Position numbers and translations under genes: made by a program
Shown here: piece after piece, positions 34,071 through 46,500 of the stretch
Position numbering within the stretch: the first letter of the stretch is position 1
How the letters are laid out: the number at the start of each line of letters is the position of its first letter
The notes under the pieces: generated by a model
What the model saw: the letters and a program-made list of their open reading frames with translations, nothing else
The model's database searches: none
What the model was told of the DNA's origin: nothing
NCBI GenBank assembly: GCA_043228905.1
Contig: JBHGNT010000015.1
Coordinates: 7,874,001-7,938,000, forward strand
DNA length: 64,000 bases
Source of the DNA: Azolla caroliniana
Taxonomy: Eukaryota; Plantae; Polypodiophyta
Direction of reading: 5' to 3'

Positions 34071-34489
34071 TGTTATTCTCTGACCAGACAAGGCCTAACA
34101 CAAGGTGTCGCGGAGACACTTCACCAAAGGGTGATTACGGCATAGGATTATGACTCAACGATTACACCGACTTACGTAGGTTACACGATTAGAGCGCTTT
34201 TGTTAATTACACGCGTAAGATATAACAGTAAGTACAGAACGGAAATCAACACAGAAGTATAAACACCATACGCTCTATTAATTATCCGCTGCGATTACAA
34301 TGGGCTCCGGGCCTTTAAATAGGTTTCCGGTCCGTAGTACAAAACGGTGCCTATCGCACCTATTCGGGATCCGTCCGGATCTGGAACGGCATACCGTTTC
34401 CAGTCCGTCCGTCCATACTATGCTTATTTACAACCATACTTAATTAATTCCTTCACTCCGTATTTTGGACTCCTTGCCGGCCGGTAACA
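34071..34489 (-). repeat. 5' LTR of element E
   Basis: Direct repeat of 18960-19378. Confidence 0.95.
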
Positions 34490-35601
34490 GAACCAACTTG
34501 CCTCAGCGAAGATGCCTTTGGATGATAAGCTACAGGCCCTATTACTACTTTCTTTCCTACCGAACAGTTGAGAAACCCTAGTCTTGTCCTTAAGAAACTC
34601 TTGTCAAGAGGACAAGTTGTCCTTACAAGTTGTAAAGACAAGTCTTTTGAATGAAGCGATGAGAAGAAAAGAAATGGGTGCCTCGTCTCAATTAGAAGCG
34701 AACGAGTAGGCAAAGAGGTTTTGAGAATCGTGACCAGTCCAAAGGTAGGTCGAAGTCTAGTGTGGGAAACCGGGTCATTTCCAAAAGAACCATTGACACT
34801 TTGAGAGAGACAAAGACAATATTGATAGTGCTAAGCCTAAGAAAATTTCTATTGAAAGCACCTCAGCTGTTGCAACTAGCAAAGTGGAGCTATTGCTCAT
34901 CAATGAATATGCTAGTGTAAATCTTGCTAGTGATGAGTGTACTTGGATAGTTGATTCTGGTGCATTGTTTCACCTAACACCCAAAAGAGAATGCTTCTCA
35001 TCTTATACAACTGGTGACTATGGTTATGTAAAGATGGGAAATGATGGTGCATGCAAGATAGTTGGCATTGGAAATGTATGCTTGATAACATCTACTCGTT
35101 GCAGGTTATATGCTGAAGGATGTATGCCATGTTCCGGATGTTAGATTGAATCTGATATTGATTGGACGGTGAGATAATGTTGGCTAAAATGGTAGCTTCC
35201 AAAATGGTTTTTGGAAATTTTGCAATGGAAATTTGATAGTGGTTTGAGCACAAAAGCAAAGTACACTATATGTGATGCATGTAAAGCTATGCCAGAATGA
35301 GGCTAATGTAGTGGCAGACTCAGATGGTGAGTTATGGCATAAGAGGCACGCCCACATGATGAGCGAGAGGGGAACACATATGCTAGCTGAAATGATATCC
35401 TCTTAGAAGTGAAAGGTATACATCTAAATCAATGTGAGGATTGCTTGGTCGGTAAGAAAATAGGGTTGGCATTCACTCTAGGCCTCCGATGAGAAGAGAA
35501 CATGCCTTAGAACTAGTCCATACAAATGTATGCTATGTGGATGTTAAATCACATTGTGATGCATAGTACTTTGTGACCTTCATTGATGATTGTAGCAGGA
35601 A

Positions 35602-38600
35602 TGTTGAGTGGACAAGCTCAACCGGATTCGGATCGGCTGAATAAACCAGAGCCAGATCAGACTCTGGAATGAAGAACCGGATTGGTGTCCGGAACCAAGA
35701 GCCAGATCAAAGAGCTAGATCGTAATCCGGATTGGATTGTAACCGGTAGGCCGTTAGAGGCCTACAACCCTAGCCTAGTACGTAGGCATATTTTTGGGAG
35801 TCTGTGTCTGATGCTCTATACGAACATTAAAGTACTTGTTAGTACTTTAGTCAGTCCTTTACGGACTTGTATACATAGTGTTGTAAAGCACAATTGTATA
35901 TACTGAGTTTTTGAGTAGTTTGAAATTGAGTTTTGTTCTACTCTAACTTTGTCTCTGTCTCTCCTGCATACACTATTAAGCTTCCACTAAACCTTCATCT
36001 CTGTATTTTGTTGTTATCCGGTTGATCCGGTTGTGTCTTAGCTTCTACACTTTCACTTTTACATGATAGCATAGCGTGAGGGTTGAGAACCTTTGTTGCC
36101 AACAAGTGATTTCCATAGAAGAACAATAACACCCGGTAAGAAACAAGAAGGAAAGAATGGATAGAGGAATGGCTAGCTCGCTTCCGACAGAGAAGCTCGA
36201 CAGAACCAACTACGTATCTTGGTCGTACAAGATGCACCCGTACTTGCCCAGGCATCGCTATTGGAGTTATGTCGACGGAGCTACCGATACAACACCTGAT
36301 ACGACACACAAGGACTTTACAACTTGGGAACAAGCGGCAAGCAGGGTGATGTACTGCTTTGCCTCCAATGTCGGCGATCAGCTGCTTAGCCATATCCGAG
36401 AAGGCAAGATGCCAAAGGAAGCTTGGGGAAACCTGAAGAAGGTATTCGCCACAAGCAACACAGCCCGGAAGCTGCAACTCCGATAGGAGTTGAGCAATGT
36501 CCGACAAGGACATGTCGATGGCCGACTACACAAACCGGATTAAAGAGATTTGTGCCTGACTTGCCTCCATCAGCATAACCGTCGAGGAGGATGAGATGGT
36601 GTAGGTCTGTCTCAAGGGCTTGGCATCAAAGTTCAGAGAATTCTAGGCAGTGGTATGTACAAGGGAGAATACGCCTTCGTTTTTCGACTTCTCGTCGATG
36701 CTCCTTTTAGAGGAGAACCACGTGGGTACGTCGACGAGTACACACGCCGACAACAAGATGTTGTACATAGAGGAAGAGAGGCCCCATGGTCATGGCGGAC
36801 GAGACGGGCTGACCAGCAGTGGAGGCGGCTGACAAACGCAAAATCGATGGGCTAATCAAAATGCAGACAACAATTCCGGACCCTTCGAAAATAGGGGGAG
36901 GCAAAGCGGCGCTGGAAACTGGCAAGAAAAAGCCGACACAGAATGCTGGTACTATGGCCAGAAGGGCCATAGAGAGAGCGAGTGGTGGAAAAATAGGGCC
37001 AATTCAGATAAAGCCGGATCGAGCCGGAGGGACACAGATAGGTGTTACCAATCGCACTTCGTCGAAGACTCAACGAGAGCCAGGTCGGAACCGGCCCTTG
37101 TAATGAAGCATGAGGCCAACTGGGTGGGAGCTTTCGACTCGAAGTTGGAAGAAGTTTGGAACATGAAGTCCGGAGCTCCAAATCATATGAGGAACCACAA
37201 AGAGTGGTTCTCCTTTCTTGAGAACCCGGAGAAGCCGGGGGTGGTCGAAACCGGAGACGACACCCCACATCCCATTGACCATATCGGGGATGTCTCTCTC
37301 CATGTCGGCCAGAAGGGAATCATGAGGAACGTCCTGCATGTTCCTACGATCACCAAGAACTTGGTGTTGGTCGATTAGATTGTGGATCAGGGAATGCTGG
37401 TCCGATTTACTCACCACAGATGCTTCATCGAGGAGGAAGTCCAGATCATCGTGCAAGGGCGCCGGGATGGAAGAATGTTCACCCTTGAAACCAATAGTGT
37501 AGGCACCTCTATCTTCGCGAAAGGACAGAAGGTCGAGTCGGATATTGACCTGTGGCATAAAAGGATCGGTCACATCAACTTCCGGAAGCTTCATGAGATG
37601 CAGTCGAAACATTTGGTCTCCAGAATGCCGAGGTTTAGTGGCCGGAAAGGCCAAATCCGTGAAGCTTGCCAGCTCAAGAAGCAACATAGGCTTCAATTCC
37701 CCAATGAGAAGAATTAGAGCCAGAATCAGCTCGATCTTATCCATTCGAATATGTGGGTTCCGGCACAAAACGTGAGCATCGGTGGGAGTCAATATTTCGT
37801 CTCCTTCATCAATGATTTTAGCCGACACACTTGGATCTATTTGATTGAGAAAAAAAGATAAGTATTCTCGTGCTTCCAGGACCTACAAAGTCATGTCGAA
37901 TGAGAAACCGGAAGAAAAATCAAGTGTCTGAGATCAGATGGCAGAAAATAGTTCTTTTCCGGCCAGTTCTCAAGTTATCTATAGACCAAGGGAATCTGAC
38001 ATGAATTTTCCTATAGATACACGCTAGAGAAGAACGGTGTGGCCGAACGTCGGAACCGGACATTGGTAAAAGCAGCAAGGGCGATGCAGGAGGAGAACAA
38101 CATGCCCCGGATCTATTGGGCCGAAGCAATTCGAACAACCGTCTACATACAAAATCAGATTTTTGCCTCAGGGACAAAGGAGTCATCGCGTGAACTGTAT
38201 TTTGAGCGGAAGCCGAACTCGGCACACCTTTGGGTATTTGGCAACATTGCATATGTGCGTGTACCGGATGAGAAGTGAAAGAAGCTAGATACCAAAGCCA
38301 AGAAGTGCATCTTGGTTGGCTACTCCGAAGAGCAGAAGGGGTACAAGTGCTACAACAACCGGTCAAAGCAAGTACTAGTTAGCCGGATAGCTGGATAGGT
38401 TAAGGCGGAGCGGCCAACCGAATAACGAGTCGACGAGTAGCGAAGACTTGGTCGTTCTCTCCCCACGCAAGGAACAGAGGAGGTGGTTCATGCGCAAAGA
38501 GAAGGGGAACAAGAAGATGTCGGAATATGACACTAGTAGAGACGAGTCAGATCGGAGCTAATCCGACTCCGAGAAGCAAGAAGATGGACCTCCGAAGAAG

Positions 38601-41600
38601 ACGTCAGAATCAGCCAAGAGGGCCATCAAATCGGCAGAGTAGAAATTGCGCTGATCTACCCGCTACAAGCACCCCATATTTTGGTACGGGTATAATGAGT
38701 ATATGGCACATCATTATGCGTACACGGCGAAGGTGGCAACCGTGCATGAGCCGGAGAGCTATGCAGAAGCGGCTAAGGACCCGAACTGGCAGAAGGCCAT
38801 GGAAGAAGAGATGCACGCACTCATGGAAAATGAGACGTGGGACTTGGTCGATGTACTGAAAGGAGTAAAGCCGATTGGTTGCCGATGGGTGTATAAAGTC
38901 AAATACAATGCCGACGGCTTCGTTAATCGGTACAAGGCCCGAATGGTGGCAAAGGGCTACACGCAACAACATGACATCAATTACGATGAAACGTTTGCGC
39001 TGGTCGCGAAGATGATGACCATCTGTATCTTGCTTGCGGTGGCAATGGTGAAGGGGTGGCATCTACATAAGATGGATGTGAAAAATGTGTTCCCACAAGG
39101 TGAACTTCAGGAACAAGTGTATATGACTCAGCCCCCTAGATTTCAGTCCGCTATGAACACGTCGGTCTTGCTGATTGAAGAAGTCCCTATACAGACTCAA
39201 GTAGGCCCCACGAGCATGGAACGCAAAAATCACGTCGAGACTACGTCGGATGGGGTTTGCATCATCAAAATTGGACTCTTCACTCTTCATCTGGCAGGGT
39301 CAGACAGGGTTGGTGAGAATTTTTCTCTATGTGGATGACCTTGTCATCACCAGAGATGACCCGGAAGAAATCAACCGCGTCAAGTACGAACTCATGGTAT
39401 CGTTTGAAATGAACGATTTCGGTGACCTTGATTACTTCCTAGGGATCGAATTGATCTGCACCCCCCAAGGCATACTGATTAGTCAACGACATTATGTGCT
39501 AAGTATGCTCTTCAAGTTCGCAATGACAGAATGCAAATCCATCTCAACTCTTCTGGATAGGAATGTGAAGCCTCTGGAATAGCATGCAACCCGAAACGGT
39601 TCCAACAGATCGTCGGAAGCCTTATCTACTTGACCATCACCCGGTTGGACCTAAGCTATCCGGTTGGCTTGGTTAATCAACTTATGGCACATCCGACCAT
39701 GGAGCACCTTTAGTGCTCACAATGAATACATGTCAGTGGTATTAAATATAGGAGGTTATTGTATCGGGCCAGTATAGTCGGACCACTTGTTGGCTATACG
39801 GATGCCGATTGGGCCGGAAACTTCGGCGACCGTAGGTCAACATCTGGATTTGCGGTTTCACTTGAAAAGGTCGCGGTCCCTAGAGCAGCAAAAAGCAGCC
39901 AATAGTAGTATTGTCGAGCACCAAGGCCGAGTATAGAGGAGTGGTTGTCACAACATGTGAAGCCACTTGGCCCAAACGGTTATTGAAGGATCTGCGTGTG
40001 GAGGTGTCTGATCTGGTCGTGATCTATTGTGACAACCTCAGCAGCATCCAGTTGGTGAAAAACCCCATCTTCCATGCCCAAATAAGCACATTGAGGTGCA
40101 TTACCATTTTATCTGTGAGTGGGTACTCTTCGGTGAAGTGGATCTTTTGCATGTTCCGACTGATCGGCAGCTAGCTGACATCTTCACCAAACAATTGGGA
40201 CTTGACAAGTTACGGCAATTTTCGGGCATTCTTGGTCTCGAGCACCTCGATATGCCTATTGGCATAAAAGGCCGACTCCTTCCAATTGGTATCCTAGTTC
40301 GAACGCGTCCAAAGAATTAGGGCTTAGTATATAAACAACAACCTAATGGTGATAAAAAGAGAACTTCTTGATCATCTTGTATAATGAACTCTGAGTGGGA
40401 GTGAGAAACAACGTAATATAAAAAAGCTTCCATTAAAGCTTAGAACGTGTCCATTCTTTGTTTATTCTCTTGCCTTCCTTCTATGTTGTTTGTTGAACAC
40501 TACGACAGATCCACGCACATACGTTTCCACACATATTCGATCTTCAATGCCGAAGTTTAGGGGGAGAGCTGAAAAGTTAGATGATGCCTAGAGAGCCGAA
40601 TCGGATGACCCATTCGATTTTGGACTGACCGAAGAAGTTGGAATGTTCGGTTCGGCTGAAGAAGTCGAGGACGAATGGACATGTGTAGACAGATCGGCCA
40701 AGTGGAGACTTGTCGGACGCAAGGGGGAACGACCACAAGGGAAAGCCAAAACTGGAGCCAACAGAACCACAAGGTCGAAAAGCCAAGAAGGGCAAGAGAG
40801 GCGGGAGAGTCGAGGAGGATAGAGTCGACCGACCGAAGGCCAAGACCAGGACAGGGCAGATGTGGTCAAAGGCTTGAAGGAGGACTAATCGGAGACAACC
40901 GATTCAGAAAAGAGCTGGAACGAATCGGTGATACCCGATTCGGTTGAGGAACTTGATTCGGAAGAGTTGAACTAGTTGAAGGACAAGCGGACAAGGAGGT
41001 AGCTGAAGCCGACACTAACACAGAGGAGTCGACCATTGAGGGGTGCCAGCACGGCGACAACAAAGAAGTTGATTTGGGCCGAGGGAGTAGATGAGCTGAC
41101 CGAGAAGTTCAAGGTGCATGGGACTGGTGGGTAGAGGAGCGTGAGCAAGGCGTGAAAACGCAAGGAGAACCTGACAACAAGGGTTGGGAAAGACAAACAC
41201 GATGATCCGACCTCGTGTTGAGCGGACAAGCTCAACCAGATCCGAATCAGTTGAATAAACCAGAGTGAAATCGGAGTCCGGAATGAAGAACCGAATCGGT
41301 ATCCGGAACTAGGAGCCTGATCGTAATCCGAATCAGATTGTAATGGGTAGGCCGTTAGAGGCCTACAACCCTAACCTAGTACATATGTATATTTTTGGGA
41401 ATCTGTGTCTGATGCTCTATATGAGCATTAAAGTACTTGTCAACACTTTAGTCAGTCCTTTAAGGACTTGTATAAATAGTGTTGTAAAGCACAATTGTAT
41501 ATATAGAGTTTTTGAGTAATTTGAAATTGAGTTTTGTTCTACTCTAACTCTGCCTCTGTCTCTCCTGCGTACTGTGTTAAGCTTCCAAACCTTCGTCTCT

Positions 41601-41645
41601 GTATTCAGTTGTTATACGGATGAACCGGTTGTGTCTTAGCTTACA
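35602..41645 (+). mobile_element. Degenerate Copia F (same family as 1680-6002) inserted in the integrase of host D
   Basis: LTRs 35602-36063 and 41216-41645; degenerate PBS TGATAGCATAGC; gag MDRGMASSLPTEKLDR from 36157; PR, INT, RT, RNase H with many stops; no TSD visible. Confidence 0.9.
40257..40546. mobile_element. 290-bp solo LTR inserted at the end of Copia F RNase H
   Basis: TSD ATGCC (40252-40256, 40547-40551); TA...CA ends; host HLDMP frame resumes. Confidence 0.8.
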
Positions 41646-41795
41646 GTTGTGAGGTTTCATGTTGAAGAGTAAAGACCAAGTGTTGTCGGTCTTTAAGGAG
41701 CTTCAGGCCAAGGCTGAGAGAGAATCTAGACAAAAGCTAAAGGTTGTCCAGAAAGACAATGGTGGTAAGTACAGAGGCCAATCTGAGTTGTATTG

Positions 41796-42439
41796 TGATA
41801 GGAATACACGCTCCCTAAGCACAACGCTCGGCCACAACCGAGTCTAGGATCAAACACAGAAAACGGGTAATGAACGCACGACATAGTAAAGAGAAGAGTA
41901 CACAGGATGTTAATGTGGAAAACCCAAACTAGGGAAAAAACCACAGCAGCCCACAGACTGCAAACTATCACTATATCACAATGTACAATAGTAAAGCACC
42001 GAGGCAACGACCTCGAGCTTGCTATCTTCGCCACAAGCGGCGGTTACAACTGAGGCAATGACCTCTTCCTCTCTCTCTCTCTCTCTGTACACAGTTACGC
42101 ACTGAAATCTTCCACCAACAATAATGACAACTACTATCCAACTAAGTTTGCCCTAAGCCATATTTATACTAATATGACTTTTCGGCTATTTACAAATATA
42201 GCCCCGATGGACTCTCAAAAAACATATTTATGAATATGTCCCTTCATCCGGTGAGCACTTCTCATCGGGCCTTCACCATCCGGCTCTTGCCGGGTACTCG
42301 TCATCCGGTTCTCACCGGGTCTTCCGTAGCCGGGTACTCCACATCTGGTTCTCACCGGGTCTTCCGAAGCTAGGTACACCACATCCGGATTCGGCACTAT
42401 TCTTCTCAATTCCCATCCGGAGGGACCTGTTTCCTAACA
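41796..42439 (-). mobile_element. 644-bp solo LTR related to element C LTRs
   Basis: TG...CA ends; TSD TATTG (41791-41795, 42440-42444); 3' part similar to 17198-17397. Confidence 0.88.
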
Positions 42440-43480
42440 TATTGCAAGAGTCAAGGTATCAAATTTGAGTATATAGTTCCAAAGACACCTGGGCTGAATG
42501 GTCTCGTAGAGAAGATGAATAGCACCATAATGGAAAGGGTGAGGAGCATGCTATCACATGCAAAATTGCCGAAGTCGTATTGGGTTGACACAATGATCAC
42601 GACTATTTATGTCATAAATAGGTCCCCCTTAGAACTCTAAATGGTAATGTCCCAAAGAGGGTGTGGACAAGAATAAATGTCTCTTACCAGCACTTGAGGG
42701 TGTTTGGATGCATGGCTTATATGCATGTTGCAAAAGATTAGAGGTCAAAGATGGATAACAAGTCCAATCGATGCATATTCTTGGGGTACTCAGAAGATGA
42801 GTTCGGCTACAAGTTGTGGGATCTCCTTGACAAGAAAGTGGTGAGGAGCCATGATATTGTGTTTATGGAAAACAAGACGATAGAAGACTGGAAGCAATAA
42901 ACAACCCAGGTCGTCTTCTGAGCTAGCTATCCTTATGGATTCTAACTTGCCGACTCCAACCCCATAGAGCCGGCCGACATACAAGATCCGGCAGAGATAG
43001 CCGAATTTGAATAAGTAGATGGAGCCAAACCTGGTCCGATAGATACAACCAAAAGTGAGCCTCTTGCTGAAGAAAGAAGATAACTATTCGGACAAAGAAA
43101 GGCTTCCTCTCGATATCCGGGTACTGAAAATATTTTGCTGACTCATGAAGGTGAGCTAGAGTGTTTTGAAGAAGCCATGTCAGATGCGGCTATATACTCG
43201 GCCACTATTGTCGAGAGTGTCATGTAGTCCTGTAACTTCGACCTCCATGATATGGCACTGCCATTGTAGGGGAAGACATAACCTAATCTGGATTTCCAAT
43301 TTTTAGGGTTGCCGGCATAATCAGAATCCTTATATCCTTCGACTTCAGTTGGCTTGTCCGATCCGAAAGTAAGTTGCAAATCTTTAGTGTCGCGTAGGTA
43401 CTAGAATATCTTGCTCACAGCTTCCCAGTGCTTCTGTCTGAGTTCTTGAGCTTTCCAATCTTTGCTTTATCGTTTCTAAT

Positions 43481-43524
43481 TGTAAACGTAAGTGTTTGCG
43501 GAAGCGTAAATCAGAGAACAACAC

Positions 43525-43564
<40 letters not shown>

Positions 43565-46500
43565 CGAGAGAGACAGAGAGAGCAGAACACAATTTCACTC
43601 ACTACACACTGTGCTAAGTAGCACTATTTATACAAGTCCTCTTGGGACTGACAGAAGTACCATGTACTTCAATGCTCACACGAGCATCTGACACTTACTA
43701 CGAGACTATAGCTACCTAGTAGTCTATCCTATACAAGGCTTCCGATTGGACTGCCGGTTATGGATTGCACCCGGCCTCCACTGCTTGCCGGTTCGGTTGC
43801 TCACCGTCATACTAATCCGTTTCGCCCGATCCATCTCGCTTACCGGCTCCGGCTTATTCAGCCGATCCGGCTCCGGTTGAGCTTGCCGCTCAACACTCCC
43901 CCTCAAGATCAACCTGAGGTGGGGTCGTAGTGTCGACCTCTGTGGCACTCGGTTCTTCCAACCGATTTCTCCTGGCGTCACTCCGCCTTGCTCACGCTCC
44001 TCGTCCGGTCTGGTCCCGTTTGCCGCGACCCCTTTGGTTCTGCGCGCCTCGACCCTCTCGGTCGGTATGTCTGCTCAATCGGCCCATCTCAGCAGTCACG
44101 TTGCTGTGACTCCAGTGCTTGCCGATCCATCGGTTCTCCCACGATGGCATCGACTTCCGCTGTGTCCATGTCCCCTTGGCCTTCAGTCGATCCGTCTCAT
44201 CCGGATCCATCTGTTGATCCGAGTCAGCTGTCTCCGACTCGTTCCAGCTCTTGTCCGAATCGGTACACTCCGATTCGACTTCCGGCGTCAGGCCTCTCAC
44301 CACATCGGACCACTTCCGAGTCTTGGCCTTCTCCATGCTTCCCTCGGCTTCTTCAGCCGGTGAACCGAAATCGAATTCTTCATTCGACTCCGCATCATGC
44401 TCAGTATCGTCGTGATGGCCTCCGCACAGCATGCACTTCTCTTCCTGAGTGCACAACTCTTCTTCACAGCCGCTTGCTCTGACCTGTTCGGATGTGTCGA
44501 CTTCCTTCATCGACTCGGCTTCCTTCATCTTCTTGTCTCCTCTTCTTCCGGCTCTCCTCTTACCGACAGGTTCAACAGTTTTTTGGCCTTTGCCCGTTTC
44601 AGTAGAGAGTTTGCCCTTGCTTCTCCCCCTCAAGTGCGGCATGTCGAGATGCTGAATACCAAGCATGTCGGTAAAGTGCTGCAACTTGTCCGATCCGAGC
44701 GGCTTGGTGAAGATGTCGGCAACTTGCCGATCCGTATGAACATACCGTAGGTCAACTTCACCGCTCAGGACCCGCTCACGCACGAAGTGGTAGTGCACCT
44801 CGATGTGCTTTGTGCGAGCATGGAACACAGGGTTCCTGGCGAGCTGCAGGCTGCTCATGTTATTGCAGTAAATCGGGATCGGGGTTGGTACCTCGATCCG
44901 CAAGTCTCGCAGCAATCGCTGAAGCTAGATGGCTTCACAAGTGGCAACGGTAACGGCCCGGTACTCAGCCTCAGTGCTTGACAAAGCCACTGTGGGCTGC
45001 TTCTTGCTACTCCACGCAACGGCCGCGCTACCTATGGAGAACATGTATTCAGAAGTGGAGCGGCGATCAGATGCATCGCCGGCCCAGTCAGCATCTGTGT
45101 AACCGACGAGCTCTTCGGGTATACCTCGCCAGTATAGCAGTCCCCGGTCCTTAGTATCGCTGACATACCGTAATATTCGTTGCGCGCACTGAAGGTGCTC
45201 CATGGTCGGCTTCTGCATGAACTGGCTCACCATGCCGACCGGATAGCTGATGTCGGGTCGGGTGATGGTTAAGTAGATCAGGCTTCCGACAACCTGTCGG
45301 AACCGTTTCTCATTGCAGGCCGGTCCGGAGTTGGGACGGAGCTTTTGGTTCCGGTCCAGGGGTGTGGAGACAGGTCGACAATCCGTCATGCCGAACTTAT
45401 ATAGCATATTCAACACGTAATGTCGTTGTGAGAGCAATATGCCGTCGGGGGTCCGGATCACTTCGATCCCAAGAAAATAATGAAGGTCCCCCAGGTCCTT
45501 CATTTCGAATGCGTCCGACAACTGGGACTTGACGCGGTTGATTTCGGGAAGACCCGGTCCGGTGATGACTAAATCATCCACATACAAGAGTATACATACC
45601 GGACCGTCAGAGCCTTGCCGGATGAACAACGAAGAGTCCGACTTAGAGACAGCAAACCCCAGCTTACGCAACCGGTGCGTGATCTTCGCGTTCCACGCTC
45701 GGGGGGCTTGCTTCAAGCCGTAAAGCAACTTCTTCAGTCGGCATACCGCTGACTTGTTCATCTCCGAGTGAAATCCGGGGGGCTGAGTCATAAAGACTTC
45801 TTCTTCAAGCTCTCCTTGAAGGAAGGAGTTCTTCACATCCATCTGGTGAAGATGCCACCCCCTTGCCGCAGCAACCGCCAGTACCACACGAACCGTCGTC
45901 ATCTTCGCCACAGGAGTGAAGGTCTCGTCGTAGTCGATTCCGTGGGTCTGCGCGTATCCCTTCGCCACTAACCGGGCTTTGTACCGGTTAACAGAACCGT
46001 CGGCATTGTACTTGACCTTGTACACCCACTTGCATCCGATCGGTTTACAGTGACGCGGAGGATCAACTAGGTCCCAAGTTTCGTTGGCATCGAGTGCCCG
46101 CATTTCTTCGTCCATAGCGACACGCCAATTTGCGTCCTTTGCCGCTTCTGCGTAGCTCTCCAGCTCATGCACTTCTGTCACCTTAGTCATGTACGCATAA
46201 TGAGGCGCTATGTATTCATTGTACCCGTACCGCATGACGGGATCCTTCTGGCGGGTTGATCGGCGCAACACACCGTCACCTGATTTGAGGCCCTTCTTGG
46301 CCAGTTCGGTCTTCGTTGCTGAAGATCCGCCTTTCTCCTTTCCGGAGTCGGATACGCACCGATCCGACTCATCGTTGCCGGTTTCGAATTCCGGCATCTT
46401 CCTCTTCCCTTCTCTTTGCGCGTGAACCGTTTCCTCGGTTCCTTGCGCGGGGAGAGCACGGCAGAGTCTCCACCACTTGCCGTCTCTTCATCCGACTGGT

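Larger units (their letters stand above)
18960..34489 (-). mobile_element. Full-length non-chromovirus Ty3/gypsy element E with an extra 3' ORF, dual tRNA-type primer sites and no PPT
   Basis: Near-identical 419-bp LTRs 18960-19378 and 34071-34489; TSD GAACC (18955-18959, 34490-34494); gag (3 CCHC-type knuckles)-PR-RT-RH-INT on minus; PBS at 34049-34064 (minus); TGGCACGCCCGTGGGAC at 19381-19397 (plus). Confidence 0.96.
17781..43185 (+). mobile_element. Old Tnt1/Tork-like Copia host element D, split by nested insertions (left boundary uncertain)
   Basis: LTR ending CA at 18544 with a GTGGTTTTT...GGGTTTTCCAC U5 motif; degenerate PBS TGATATCAGAAC; gag 18566-18959 resumes at 34495; protease WIVDSGA; integrase YFVTFIDD resumes at 41646 and 42445; ends near the RT start at ~43185. 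Confidence 0.8.

Noticed and set aside
18960-34489. Element E transcribed on the + strand with antisense gag-pol
   Set aside because: The LTR TATA-like box and all ORFs are on the minus strand, and no PPT precedes the right LTR on + either.
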